Assembly (NCBI GenBank): GCA_044344255.1
Contig: JBIJDH010000006.1
Location: forward strand, 235,524-299,523
Direction: 5' to 3'
Length of the DNA: 64,000 nt
Source: Myxococcota bacterium
Lineage (GTDB): Bacteria > Myxococcota_A > UBA796 > UBA2385
Below the pieces are notes generated by a model. The model saw only the letters and a program-made list of their open reading frames with translations. It was not told where the DNA came from and did not search any database. Of this stretch, positions 18,104-28,325 are shown piece by piece (within the stretch, counting starts at the first letter, position 1; every line of letters starts with the position of its first letter). Position numbers and translations under genes: made by a program.

Positions 18104-20587
18104 ATGCGCCCGACCCTCTGGCTGTTGCTCCCTTGGATGGCCCTCGCCTGCGCTGGCGGCAAGACCGTGGAGGCCGACGGCGGCGGGGATGAGGGCGCGG
18201 ACGGCGCCGACGGAGCGGACGGGGCCGACGGCGGCGACGGGACGGACGGCGGCGACGGCGGCGGTGACACGGGCAACCCGGCCTCCGGCTGGGCGTGGTC
18301 CGACGGGCCCGCCCTCCCCGCCTGTACCCCCTCGACCGCCTCGGGTGACCTCATCGCCCTCTCCGGCGTGGTGCTCCTGCCCGACGGCCCCGTCGCGGGC
18401 TCGGTCGTCTACGATCGCGGCAGCGGGCTCATCACCTGCGCAGGTGAGGGCTGCAGCACCGCCAGCGCCACCGTGATCTGCACCGAGGGCGTCATCAGCC
18501 CCGGGCTCATCGACACCCACGACCACCTCCAGTACAACGCCATCCCGCCCTGGCAGCACGAAGACCTCTACTGTGACCGCTACGAGTGGCGCTCCGACGA
18601 CGCGTACTACGACTACCGCACCGCCTACGACGCCATCACCGACAGCTACGACTGCGAGATCATGAAGTGGGCCGAGCTCCGCCAGCTCGTCGGCGGCTCG
18701 ACCTCGGCGGTGGGCTCCTCGGGGGGCGACTGTATCAACGGCCTCATCCGGAACCTCGATGAGAGCTCGGACGCCAGTCATGTCGACGACTATTATCTGT
18801 ACTACTCCGCCTCGACCGTGACGGACAACTTCGACTCTGGGGACGGCGCCTCCTACGCCGCCGCCCTGTCGTCGGGCTCGACGGACGCGGTCTTCAACCA
18901 CGTCGGCGAGGGCGTCTGCGGCCTCGACGCCGACGAGATCGACCACATGTTCGACGTCGGCATGTCCGGCCCCGGGCAGGCCTGGATCCACGTCGCCGAC
19001 AGCGACGCCGGTGACTTCGCCCGCATGGCCGCCGACGGCACCACCCTCGTCTGGGCCCCGCGCAGCAACCTCGACCTCTACGGGAACACCGCCGCCATCG
19101 ACGTGGCGCTGCGCATCGGCGTGCCGGTCATCCTCGGCCCCGACTGGACCTGGTCGGGCTCGGCCAACGTCAACCAGGAGATGCGCTGCGCCCAGCAGTA
19201 CATCGCCTCGCGCGGCACCGGTGACCTCAGCGACGAGCGCCTCTGGGCGATGACCACCGGCGACGCCGCCCGCGCCCTCGGCCTGGACGGCAAGCTCGGC
19301 AGCCTGTCTGAGGGCTTCACCGCTGACATCTCCGTCTTCGCCTGGTCGCCCCAGCCCTACCGCAGCATCGTCGAGGCCGAGCAAGAGGATGTTCGCCTCG
19401 TGATCGTTGATGGGGAGGCCCTCTACGGGGTGCCCTCGCTCATGGACGGGGCGGTCTCGAACCCCGACTACTGCGAGGAGGTGAGCGCTTGCACCGAGGC
19501 CCGCACCCTCTGTGTGCAGTTCGGCAGCTCCGGCGACGACGCCCAGACCTACACCGACCTCGAGGGGCTGCTCACCGCGGCCCTCTCCGGGGTCTCGATG
19601 CCCGAGGGGCTCGAGTACGCCGGCGCCCTCGACCCGCTGTGGCGCTGCGACGAGCCGCCCTCCTGTGACCTCTCGAGCCCCACCGCCGACGACACCGACG
19701 GCGACGGCGAGGCGGACAGCGCCGACAACTGCCCGGCGAGCTGGAACCCCGAGCAGCAGGACTTCGACGGCGACGGTCTCGGCGACCCCTGCGACGTCTG
19801 CCCGCTCGCCGCCGACAGCGAGGACTGTGAGACCAGCGCCGAGGACGTCGATGGCGACGGCATCGCCACCGTGGACGACAACTGCCCCTACGCCGCCAAC
19901 GAAGACCAGGCCGACGGCGACGGCGACGGAAAGGGTGACGTCTGCGACGAGTGCCCCGAGGTCTCGAACCCCGGCGCCGCCGCCTGCCCCACCACCATCG
20001 AGTCCGTGCGCGACCCCGCGGCGCCTGACCACCCCGCCGAGGGCGAGTCCGTCGCCGTGAGCGGCGTCGTCACCGGCATTGACCCCGAGACCGGCTTCAC
20101 CATCCAGGACCCCTCGGAGGCGGACGGTTACGACGCGCTCTACGTCTACGACAACGGCGACCACACGGTGGCCTTGGGCGACGTCGTCACCGTGAGCGGC
20201 GTCTACACCGAGTTCTACGAGCTCACCGAGCTCACCGAGATCTCGGAGGTGACCGTGACCGCGAGCGGCACCCCCGTGCCGGACCCCGTCACCATCGACG
20301 ACGCCTGTGACATCGGCACCGGCGGGGCCGACGCCGAGCGTTACGAGTCGATGCTGGTCGAGGTGGTGGACGTGACCGTCTCGAGCAGCAACCCGGACGA
20401 CCCGAGCGACTACGACGAGTTCGAGGTCAACGGCTGCCTCCGCGTCGATGACGCCTTCTACGCCGACCTCGTCGACGCCCCCTCCGTCGGCGTCGAGTTC
20501 AGCCGCATCACCGGCATCGCGACCTTCGCTTTCAGCAACGCCAAGGTCTTGCCGCGTGACGCCGATGACGTCGAGACCGCCCCCTGA
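18104..20587 (+). CDS. lipoprotein: amidohydrolase domain + thrombospondin type 3 repeats + C-terminal OB-fold-like domain
   Basis: ALAC lipobox; PGLIDTHDH, HVGEG, WAPRSN, LGPDW; DxDGDG...DNCP repeats; VSGVVT...GFTIQD...GDVVTVSG.YTEFYELTEL. Confidence 0.8.
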   Translation: MRPTLWLLLPWMALACAGGKTVEADGGGDEGADGADGADGADGGDGTDGGDGGGDTGNPASGWAWSDGPALPACTPSTASGDLIALSGVVLLPDGPVAGSVVYDRGSGLITCAGEGCSTASATVICTEGVISPGLIDTHDHLQYNAIPPWQHEDLYCDRYEWRSDDAYYDYRTAYDAITDSYDCEIMKWAELRQLVGGSTSAVGSSGGDCINGLIRNLDESSDASHVDDYYLYYSASTVTDNFDSGDGASYAAALSSGSTDAVFNHVGEGVCGLDADEIDHMFDVGMSGPGQAWIHVADSDAGDFARMAADGTTLVWAPRSNLDLYGNTAAIDVALRIGVPVILGPDWTWSGSANVNQEMRCAQQYIASRGTGDLSDERLWAMTTGDAARALGLDGKLGSLSEGFTADISVFAWSPQPYRSIVEAEQEDVRLVIVDGEALYGVPSLMDGAVSNPDYCEEVSACTEARTLCVQFGSSGDDAQTYTDLEGLLTAALSGVSMPEGLEYAGALDPLWRCDEPPSCDLSSPTADDTDGDGEADSADNCPASWNPEQQDFDGDGLGDPCDVCPLAADSEDCETSAEDVDGDGIATVDDNCPYAANEDQADGDGDGKGDVCDECPEVSNPGAAACPTTIESVRDPAAPDHPAEGESVAVSGVVTGIDPETGFTIQDPSEADGYDALYVYDNGDHTVALGDVVTVSGVYTEFYELTELTEISEVTVTASGTPVPDPVTIDDACDIGTGGADAERYESMLVEVVDVTVSSSNPDDPSDYDEFEVNGCLRVDDAFYADLVDAPSVGVEFSRITGIATFAFSNAKVLPRDADDVETAP

Positions 20588-20603
20588 TCCCGACCGGCAG
20601 AAC

Positions 20604-23360
20604 ATGACCACCTCCGACGCCGCCTCCCCGCCCCACCCCGCCGACGGGGAGGCGCCCGCGCCGACCCAGGACCCGATCACCCGCCACGAGCAGGCGGTCG
20701 GGCTGCTCCTGCCGCTCTTCCTCTGCAGCGGCGCCACCTCGCTCGTCTACGAGACGCTCTGGGAGCGGCAGCTCCACCTCGTCGCCGGCACGAGCCAGGT
20801 GGCGGTGATGACCGTCCTGGCGGCCTTCATGGGCGGCCTCGCCATCGGCGGCTTCGCGGCGGCCCGCTTCGCCGACACGCTCGTCCGACCGTTGCGGGTC
20901 TACGCGCTGCTCGAGGGGGGCATCGGCCTCTACGCGCTGCTCTACCCGCACCTGATCGAGCTCGTCACCCCGATCTATTCGGGCTTCTGGCACGAGGTGC
21001 AGCCCTCGCCGCCGGTCTTCGCCTTCTTTCAATTCTTGCTGTTCGGCGGCCTCCTCCTGCCGCCGACGATCGCGATGGGCAGCACGCTCCCGGTGCTCGC
21101 CCGCTTCGCCGCCACCGCGACTGACGGCGCCGGGCGGCGCATCGGCCTGCTCTACGGGGCGAACACGCTCGGCGCGGTGCTCGGCGTGGCGATGGCCGGC
21201 TTCTTCCTCCTCCCCGGCCTCGGCCTCTCGGTCACCACCTCGGTGACGGCGGGGGCGAACCTGGTCCTGATGGGGGCCGCCCTGCTGCTCGACCGCTGGG
21301 TGGCGCCGCTCCCGCCCCCCGAGGTCGCCGCGCCCGCCTCCGCCCGCGGGGACACCGCCGCGCCAGCGCCGGCCTGGCTCAAGTGGCTCTCGGTGCAGGC
21401 CTTCCTCGCCGGGCTCACGGCCCTGCTCTACGAGATGGCCTGGTTCCGCTTGATGGCCCTCCAGCTCGGCGGCAGCGCCTACGCCTTCAGCGTGATGCTG
21501 CTCGCCTTCCTGCTCGGCATCGGCCTCGGCGGCATCGTCGGCGGCTCGGTGGCGGACCGGGCCTGGGAGCGGGGCGGCGCGGGGCGCACGTTGAAGATCG
21601 CCGCCGCCTTCCAGGTGGGCATCGGCCTGCTCGCTTACCTCGCGATGTACAGCTTCGGGAAGCTGCCCTTTGTCTTTGTTCACCTCTATACGGCGGTGGA
21701 AGATACGAAGTGGCTCCTGTGGCCCGCCAAGCTGACGCTGGCCCTGGCGGTGATGCTGCCGCCGGCCCTGCTGATGGGGGCCACCTTCCCGCTGCTCGTG
21801 CGGGCGGCGATGCGCTCGGGGGCGCTCGGCGCGCCGGTCGGCCGCCTCTACGGCTGGAACACGCTCGGCGCCATCCTCGGGGCGCTGTCGGGGGGCCTTT
21901 TCGTGCCGCTCCTCCACATCCGGGAGAACGTCCGCCTCGCGCTGGGCGGGGCCGCGGGCTGGTTCCCCGACGACCACACCCACGTCCGCGAGGTGCTGCT
22001 GATCGGCGTCTCCTTGAACCTGCTCGGGGCGCTGGTGGCGCTGCGCTCGTCGGGCCTCGCCGACCAGACCCGCGCCTCCTGGACGGCGAAGCTCGGCGGG
22101 GCCCTGGCCTTCGTGTTCGCGGTCGGGCTCATCCAGGTCGTGCCGCCGCCCTGGAACCCGCTGATCATGACGGCCGGGATGTACAAGTATGTGAGCGAGA
22201 TGGGGGCGGACGAGCGGAACACCGCGGGCGTCCTCAACTTCGCGGTCAACCCCTACACCCTGCTCTACTACGAAGAGGGCATGAGCAGCGTCGTCACCGT
22301 GGCCCAGGCCAAGCGCAGCGGCAACATCTGGCTCGCCAACAACGGCAAGGTCGACGCGTCAACCCGCCTCGACATGCCCACCCAGGTGCTCTGCGCGCAC
22401 CTGCCCTTCCTCTTCAAGCCCGAGGTCGAGGACGTGTTGGTCATCGGCCTCGCGAGCGGCATCACCGCTGGCGCCGTGACGCTCCACGAGGCGCCGAAGC
22501 GCATCGACGTCGCCGAGCTCGAGCCGGCCATCGTCACCGCGAGCCACTACTTCGACGAGTTCAACCGGCGACCCCTCGAAGATCCGCGGGTGAACCTCAT
22601 CGCCAACGATGGCCGCAACCTCGTGCTGCTCTCCGATCCGGGCACCTACGACCTCATCATCTCCGAGCCCTCCAACCCCTGGCTGTCGGGCGTCTCCAAT
22701 CTGTTCACATCCGAGTTCTTTGACCTCGGAAAGTCCAGGTTGAAGGAGGGTGGCGTCTGGTCGCAGTGGGTCCAGATGTACGGCATGAGCACTGAGGACG
22801 TCGAGACGCTGCTCCGCACCTTCGCCGAGACCTACGCCCACGTCTCGCTCTTCCTCACCATCGACGGCGCGGACCTCGTGCTGGTCGGCAGCGACGCCCC
22901 GCTCGTGCTTGACGCCGCCTCGATCCAGCGCGTGCTGGACCGCGAGCCCGCGGTGGCGGAGCAGGTGGCGGAGCGAGAGGTCGGCTGCCCGACGCCGGAG
23001 GACATCCTCGCCCGTTACCGCCTCAACCGGGACGACATCCTGCTCATCGCCGGGGACGCGCCGCTCAACACCGATGACAACATGCGCATCGAGTACTCGG
23101 CGCCGCTGCACCTCCACGAGAACAACGCCGAGACCGACTTCGTCAAGCTGCTGCCCGACCACGACATCACCCGCACCGTGCCCTTCAGCGCCGTGCGAGA
23201 CCTCGAGGGCTGGAAGCGGCTCGCCCGCGCCTACGCCGAGAACGACGACTGGGTGCGGGCCCTCACCGTGCTCCGCAGCGCCGAGGACAAGTGGCCGGGC
23301 GATGCGGAGGTGGGTGAGCTCTACGTGGAGTACCAGGAGGAGCTGAAGGGCTCCCTCTGA
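20604..23360 (+). CDS. fused membrane (MFS-like)/spermidine synthase-like methyltransferase-fold protein
   Basis: SGATSLVYE..W, multiple TM segments, VLVIGLASGIT, DVAELEP, DLIISEPSNPW. Confidence 0.85.
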   Translation: MTTSDAASPPHPADGEAPAPTQDPITRHEQAVGLLLPLFLCSGATSLVYETLWERQLHLVAGTSQVAVMTVLAAFMGGLAIGGFAAARFADTLVRPLRVYALLEGGIGLYALLYPHLIELVTPIYSGFWHEVQPSPPVFAFFQFLLFGGLLLPPTIAMGSTLPVLARFAATATDGAGRRIGLLYGANTLGAVLGVAMAGFFLLPGLGLSVTTSVTAGANLVLMGAALLLDRWVAPLPPPEVAAPASARGDTAAPAPAWLKWLSVQAFLAGLTALLYEMAWFRLMALQLGGSAYAFSVMLLAFLLGIGLGGIVGGSVADRAWERGGAGRTLKIAAAFQVGIGLLAYLAMYSFGKLPFVFVHLYTAVEDTKWLLWPAKLTLALAVMLPPALLMGATFPLLVRAAMRSGALGAPVGRLYGWNTLGAILGALSGGLFVPLLHIRENVRLALGGAAGWFPDDHTHVREVLLIGVSLNLLGALVALRSSGLADQTRASWTAKLGGALAFVFAVGLIQVVPPPWNPLIMTAGMYKYVSEMGADERNTAGVLNFAVNPYTLLYYEEGMSSVVTVAQAKRSGNIWLANNGKVDASTRLDMPTQVLCAHLPFLFKPEVEDVLVIGLASGITAGAVTLHEAPKRIDVAELEPAIVTASHYFDEFNRRPLEDPRVNLIANDGRNLVLLSDPGTYDLIISEPSNPWLSGVSNLFTSEFFDLGKSRLKEGGVWSQWVQMYGMSTEDVETLLRTFAETYAHVSLFLTIDGADLVLVGSDAPLVLDAASIQRVLDREPAVAEQVAEREVGCPTPEDILARYRLNRDDILLIAGDAPLNTDDNMRIEYSAPLHLHENNAETDFVKLLPDHDITRTVPFSAVRDLEGWKRLARAYAENDDWVRALTVLRSAEDKWPGDAEVGELYVEYQEELKGSL

Positions 23361-23391
23361 GCGACCCCGGAGCCCGGCCGGGAGGGGGCGC

Positions 23392-25284
23392 TCAGCCCTC
23401 GGAGACGACGATGATCTTGTCTTCGGGCGCGAAGGTGAGCCGCTCCGACTTCTCGGGGTTGACGGTCACGCCGTAAGCGGCGCCGGGGTCGCGCCCCTTG
23501 GCGGCGATGCGGTAGCCGATCGCGATCTGGCCCTGGCGGCGCGCCGACTCCACCACGGTGGCGTAGGTGAGCGCTACGCCGGGGCGCACGAAGTGGTTGA
23601 CCGGCTTGATGTAGATCTCGGCGCCTTCGGGGTCGAAGAGGTCGGCGAGGACGGCGTTGAGGTGCTTGTTCTCGGCCACCTGGGTCATCATCAGGCTGAC
23701 GAGGCGCTCGCTGACGATGAAGTCGTCGGCCTTGGTGACCTCGGCGATCTGCCGGTTTCGGACGTCGCGCATCTCGCTCACGACGGCGAGCTGCACGCCC
23801 GTCCGCTCGGAGATGTCGCGGAGGTGCAGCAGGGTGACGAGGACGCGGGCGTCGGCGGGCTCGGCGTCGAGGGCGCTCGAGCAGAGCACGATGATGTGGT
23901 CGAAGGTGGTCACCTCGAGGCTGTCGATCAGGCCGCGGTGGGTCGTGTCGGCCGCCCGCACCTCCACCGTCAGGTTCTTGAGCTCGCCCAGCGCCTCGTG
24001 GAGGCCGGCGGCCGCCTCGTCTTCGGCCACGAGCAGCAGCGTCGAGCCCGGCGCGACGTAGGCGTCGAGGCCAGAGACGATCGCGGCCGCGCGCTCGTTC
24101 CAGCCGAGGATGAGCGTGCGCTCGGCGGCCATCGTGGGGGAGTCGAGGGAGACGATCGCCGCCTCGTCGATGGAGACCGTCGCGCCGGAGAGGCGGATGG
24201 TGTCGTCGTCCTCGGAGATCACGATCAGCTTGTCGCCCGCCGCGATGACGCGGTCGAGCGAGGGGAGCACCGCGGACTGCCCGTTTGCGTAGATGCCGAT
24301 GATCGCGCTCTTCTCGTAGAGGTTGAGCGCGGCGCCGAGGGTCTTGCCGACGAGCGTGGGCTCCTCCTTGAAGTAGATCTCGTCGCCGCCGAAGTCGAGG
24401 AGCTCGGTGTGGACGACCGAGAGGCCGCTTTGGCGGCAGGTCTGGACGGTGATGCGGCTGATGAGGTCACCGGCGACGATGACCTCGACCTCGTCCTTGC
24501 CCACCATCTTGGCGACGGAGACGCTCTTGTCGTCCTTGAGCTCGGCCACGATGTGGTATGGCGCGGCGCGGCGGCGGGGAGAGTTCGTGATCGCGACGAT
24601 GCTCTTGATCACCTGCACGTCGGGGCTCTCGAGCTCCGGGGAGAGCAGCACGATGAAGCGGCTGCCCTGCACGTTGACCATGTCGAGGGCCGCGAGGTCG
24701 GAGGTGGAGCCGCTGCGGCAGACGAGGCGGGTGGTCTTCCAGTCCTCGACGCGGCTGTTGATCTCGTCCTCCATCTCGACCTTGTCCTTGTCGGAGAGCA
24801 CGACGATGACGGCGTCCTTGCGGCTCGCGTTGGCCTCGATGAGCTCGGTGACGATGGTGAAGATGGCCTCCGACCAGCCGACGATGAGGGCGTGGTTGTC
24901 CTCCACCACGAGGCTCTTGCCCTTGCGCAGCTCGTCGAGCTTGGCCTCGAGGCCGGAGTTGAGCACGCCGATGAGGGCGGAGATCACGAACACGCCGCCC
25001 GCGGTCGCGAAGAGCCCCGCCAGCCGGTAGGGCCAGTTGGCGCCGACTCCGCCGAGCGTGCCGGCGTCGAGGCTCAACATGAGGCCGGTCCAAAAGGCGT
25101 TGAGCGGCCCGTAGTCGGTGAGCTGGTCGGCGGGGGTGAGGCGGCCGACGACGATGATCAGCGAGTAGATCACCAAGAGGACGAAGCTCACCACCCCGAG
25201 CCAGGCGATGAGGGCAGGGGTGCCCTTGGACATCGAATTATCGAAGTGATATCGAAGTTTTTGAAGAAACGTGACCGGGGGCAT
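23392..25284 (-). CDS. CASTOR/POLLUX (DMI1)-like ion channel with RCK domains
   Basis: LRYHFDNSMSKG, LDAGTLGG pore, LRKGKSLVVE..H, QTCRQSGLS...ELLDFGGDEIY, IAIGYR. Confidence 0.88.
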   Translation of the reverse strand: MPPVTFLQKLRYHFDNSMSKGTPALIAWLGVVSFVLLVIYSLIIVVGRLTPADQLTDYGPLNAFWTGLMLSLDAGTLGGVGANWPYRLAGLFATAGGVFVISALIGVLNSGLEAKLDELRKGKSLVVEDNHALIVGWSEAIFTIVTELIEANASRKDAVIVVLSDKDKVEMEDEINSRVEDWKTTRLVCRSGSTSDLAALDMVNVQGSRFIVLLSPELESPDVQVIKSIVAITNSPRRRAAPYHIVAELKDDKSVSVAKMVGKDEVEVIVAGDLISRITVQTCRQSGLSVVHTELLDFGGDEIYFKEEPTLVGKTLGAALNLYEKSAIIGIYANGQSAVLPSLDRVIAAGDKLIVISEDDDTIRLSGATVSIDEAAIVSLDSPTMAAERTLILGWNERAAAIVSGLDAYVAPGSTLLLVAEDEAAAGLHEALGELKNLTVEVRAADTTHRGLIDSLEVTTFDHIIVLCSSALDAEPADARVLVTLLHLRDISERTGVQLAVVSEMRDVRNRQIAEVTKADDFIVSERLVSLMMTQVAENKHLNAVLADLFDPEGAEIYIKPVNHFVRPGVALTYATVVESARRQGQIAIGYRIAAKGRDPGAAYGVTVNPEKSERLTFAPEDKIIVVSEG

Positions 25285-25397
25285 GTTGAGGTTCCAACGG
25301 CAGTGTGGGGGGCGCCGCGGGGTGGAGGGACCCTCGCGGGGCCGGGGGAGGGGCGGCCTAACTCGACAAGGGCGGCGCATCTGCATAGGGCCGCGGC

Positions 25398-25897
25398 GTT
25401 CCAGAGGGACAGGTGATCGCCGGTCTCCCCGTTCGAGGTGCCGTGGCCGAGAGGTCGGGGCATCGTCGGATGAAGGGGGACGGGAGGAAAGTCCGAGCTC
25501 CGCAGAGCAGGGTGCCGGGTAACGCCCGGTCGGGGTGACCCGAAGGAAAGTGCAACAGAGAGCAGACCGCCACGTACGCGTCCGCGTCGCGCGCTGGAGG
25601 GCCCGAGGAGAGCGATCTCCGAGGGCCTGAAGGTGAAGGCCGGGGCGGCCCCCTCGGGGGTCGTTGGTAAGGTTGAAAGGGTGCGGCAAGAGCGCACCGG
25701 CGGCCCTGGTGACAGGGCCGGCCAGGCAAACCCCATCCGGAGCAAGGCCAGATAGGGGGGCGATACGAGCGGCTCGCTCAAGGTCCCCGGGTTGGCTGCC
25801 GGAGCCCGTCGGTAACGGCGGGCCTAGAGGAATGATCATCACCGCGGTCGGGGAGACCGGATCGCGGAACAGAACTCGGCTTACGGACCTCTGGAGC
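25398..25897 (+). ncRNA. rnpB: RNase P RNA, bacterial class A (~500 nt)
   Basis: GAGGAAAGTCCGAGCTCC, GGAAAGTGCAACAGA, GGCAAACCCC, ACAGAACTCGGCTTA signatures; P1 pairing GTTCCAGAGG/CCTCTGGAGC. Confidence 0.95.
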
Positions 25898-25900
25898 CCA

Positions 25901-25924
25901 CCCCGCCACTCTCGAGTGGTGGGG
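25901..25924 (+). terminator. hairpin directly downstream of rnpB
   Basis: CCCCGCCACT-CTCG-AGTGGTGGGG stem-loop; no U-tract. Confidence 0.4.
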
Positions 25925-26033
25925 CGGCGCATTGGGGAGCGCGAGGCGGGACCGAGGGCCGCGAGCCGCGCTGCTTGCCCCTTGTCGGGGGCGCAGGTAC
26001 ATGGAGCGCCCCTCTTCCCGCGGATCTCCCCCG

Positions 26034-28325
26034 ATGAGCATGAAGAAAGACGCGCTGGACTACCACTCGCGCGGTCGGCCCGGGAAGATCGAGGTCGTCC
26101 CGACCAAGCCCCTGCTCACTCAGCGCGACCTCGCCCTCGCCTACACCCCCGGGGTGGCGGAGCCCTGCCGGGCCATCGCCCGGGATCCCGAGGCCGCCTA
26201 CGACTACACGGCGAAGGGCAACCTCGTCGCGGTCATCACCAACGGCACCGCGGTGCTGGGCCTCGGCAACATCGGCCCCCTCGGCGGCAAGCCCGTGATG
26301 GAGGGCAAGGCCAACCTGTTCAAGCGCTTCGCCGACATCGACGTCTTCGACATTGAGCTCAACGCGCCCACGGCCGAGGAGGTCATCGCGGCGGTCAAGG
26401 CCATGGCGCCCACCTTCGGTGGGATCAACCTCGAAGACATCGCGAGCCCCGACTGTTTTGTCATCGAGCAGCGCCTCCAGGCCGAGCTCGACATCCCGGT
26501 CTTCCACGACGATCAGCACGGCACGGCGATCATCGCCAGCGCGGCGATGCTCAACGCCTGCGCGGTGGGCTCGAAGAACCTCTGTGACCTCAAGGTGGTC
26601 TTCAGCGGCGCCGGCGCAGCGGCGATCGCGACCGCCCGCCTGTTCGTCTCTCTCGGCGTGAAGCGAGAGAACGTGTGGCTCTGTGACGCCGAGGGCCTCG
26701 TCTACGTCGGCCGCGAAGTGGCGATGTTCCCCGAGAAGGCGGCCTTCGCCCAGCCGACGGGCCCCGGCAAGCTGGCCGACGTGCTCCCCGGCGCCGACGT
26801 CTTCGTCGGGCTCTCGGTGGGCGGGGTGCTGACGGCTGACCTCGTGCGCACCATGGCGCCCTTCCCGATCATCTTCGCGATGGCCAACCCGGACCCCGAG
26901 ATCACCTACGAGGAGGCCCGGGACGCCCGCCCCGACGCGATCGTGGCCACGGGGCGCTCGGACTACCCGAACCAGGTCAACAACGTCCTCGGCTTCCCCT
27001 TCGTCTTCCGCGGGGCGCTCGACTGTCGGGCGCGGGCCATCACCGAGGAGATGAAGGTCGCGGCGGTGAAGGCCCTCGCGGCCCTCGCGCGGGAGGACGT
27101 GCCCGACGTGGTGCTGACCGCCTACAACCTCGAGCGCCTCTCCTTCGGCCCCGACTACCTCATCCCCAAGCCCTTTGACCCTCGGGTGCTGCTCTGGGTG
27201 GCCCCGGCGGTGGCGAAGGCGGCCGCTGACTCCGGCGTCGCCCGCAAGCCCATCGCCGACTATGACGCCTACCGCCAGCGCCTCGAGCGGCTGATTGAGC
27301 GCTCGAAGGAGGTCCTCCGCCCGCTGATGAACCGCGCCCGGACGCGGAAGTCGCGGGTCGTCTTCCCCGACGCCACCCACCAGAAGGTGCTGCGGGCCGC
27401 CCAGATCATGGTCGACGAGCGCATCTGCACCCCCGTTCTCGTGGGCGATGCGGCCAAGATCCGCGCTCGCGCCGAGGAGCACCACGTCAACCTGCGCGGC
27501 ATCGAGATCGTCGAGGTGCAGGACGACGAGCGCTTCGCCCGCTACGCGAGCGAGCTCTGGAAGCTCCGCCAGCGGAAGGGCAAGACCCAGGCCGCCGTGC
27601 GCTCCTGGCTCAAGAACCCGCTCATCTACGGCTTGATGATGGTGCGGCAGGGCGACGCCGACGGCCTCCTCGGCGGCCTCGCCCACCCCTACAAGGACAC
27701 GCTGCGGCCGGCGCTGCAGGTCGTGGGCCCCGCGCGGCCGGGTGCGGTGATCAGCGGCGTCTACGCGATGTTGTTCAAGGAACGGCGGATGTTCTTCGGG
27801 GACTGCACCGTCAACAACCTCGTCAACGCCGAGACCCTCGCCCAGATCGCCCTCAACACGGCGCGGGTCGCCGAGACCTTTGGGGACACGCCGCGGGTGG
27901 CGATGTTGTCCTACTCGGACTTCGGTGAGATCCGCGGCGATGACTTCGTGGACAACGTCCGGGCGGCGGTCGACCTCGTCCGCAAGCTCCGCCCGAGCCT
28001 CGTCATCGACGGGGAGATGCACGCCGACACGGCGGTCGATCCCGAGCTCGCCGCCACCGACTTCCCCTTCAGCCAGATCCAGGGCGACGCCAACGTCCTC
28101 ATCTTCCCGGGCCTCGCCAGCGCCAACATCTCGTACAAGCTCCTCCGGGAGCTCGGCGGCGCCACGGCCCTCGGCCCCATCGTGGTCGGGCTCGCCCGCC
28201 CGGTCAACGCCCTCGCCCTTGGCTCCACCGTCGACGACATCGTCGCGATGGCCGCTATCACCGTCAATCAGATCATCGATCAGAAGAAGCCGGCCGACGA
28301 GCCGGCGGGGAGCTCCCGTGGCTGA
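26034..28325 (+). CDS. maeB: NADP-dependent malic enzyme with C-terminal phosphotransacetylase-like domain
   Basis: LALAYTPGVA, GKPVMEGK, FHDDQHGT, GRSDYPNQVNN, DGEMHAD, NISYKLL. Confidence 0.95.
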   Translation: MSMKKDALDYHSRGRPGKIEVVPTKPLLTQRDLALAYTPGVAEPCRAIARDPEAAYDYTAKGNLVAVITNGTAVLGLGNIGPLGGKPVMEGKANLFKRFADIDVFDIELNAPTAEEVIAAVKAMAPTFGGINLEDIASPDCFVIEQRLQAELDIPVFHDDQHGTAIIASAAMLNACAVGSKNLCDLKVVFSGAGAAAIATARLFVSLGVKRENVWLCDAEGLVYVGREVAMFPEKAAFAQPTGPGKLADVLPGADVFVGLSVGGVLTADLVRTMAPFPIIFAMANPDPEITYEEARDARPDAIVATGRSDYPNQVNNVLGFPFVFRGALDCRARAITEEMKVAAVKALAALAREDVPDVVLTAYNLERLSFGPDYLIPKPFDPRVLLWVAPAVAKAAADSGVARKPIADYDAYRQRLERLIERSKEVLRPLMNRARTRKSRVVFPDATHQKVLRAAQIMVDERICTPVLVGDAAKIRARAEEHHVNLRGIEIVEVQDDERFARYASELWKLRQRKGKTQAAVRSWLKNPLIYGLMMVRQGDADGLLGGLAHPYKDTLRPALQVVGPARPGAVISGVYAMLFKERRMFFGDCTVNNLVNAETLAQIALNTARVAETFGDTPRVAMLSYSDFGEIRGDDFVDNVRAAVDLVRKLRPSLVIDGEMHADTAVDPELAATDFPFSQIQGDANVLIFPGLASANISYKLLRELGGATALGPIVVGLARPVNALALGSTVDDIVAMAAITVNQIIDQKKPADEPAGSSRG

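Noticed and set aside
25285..25932. N-terminal extension of the 846-aa ORF (23392-25932)
   Set aside because: It is antisense to rnpB; channel homology starts at ATG 25284
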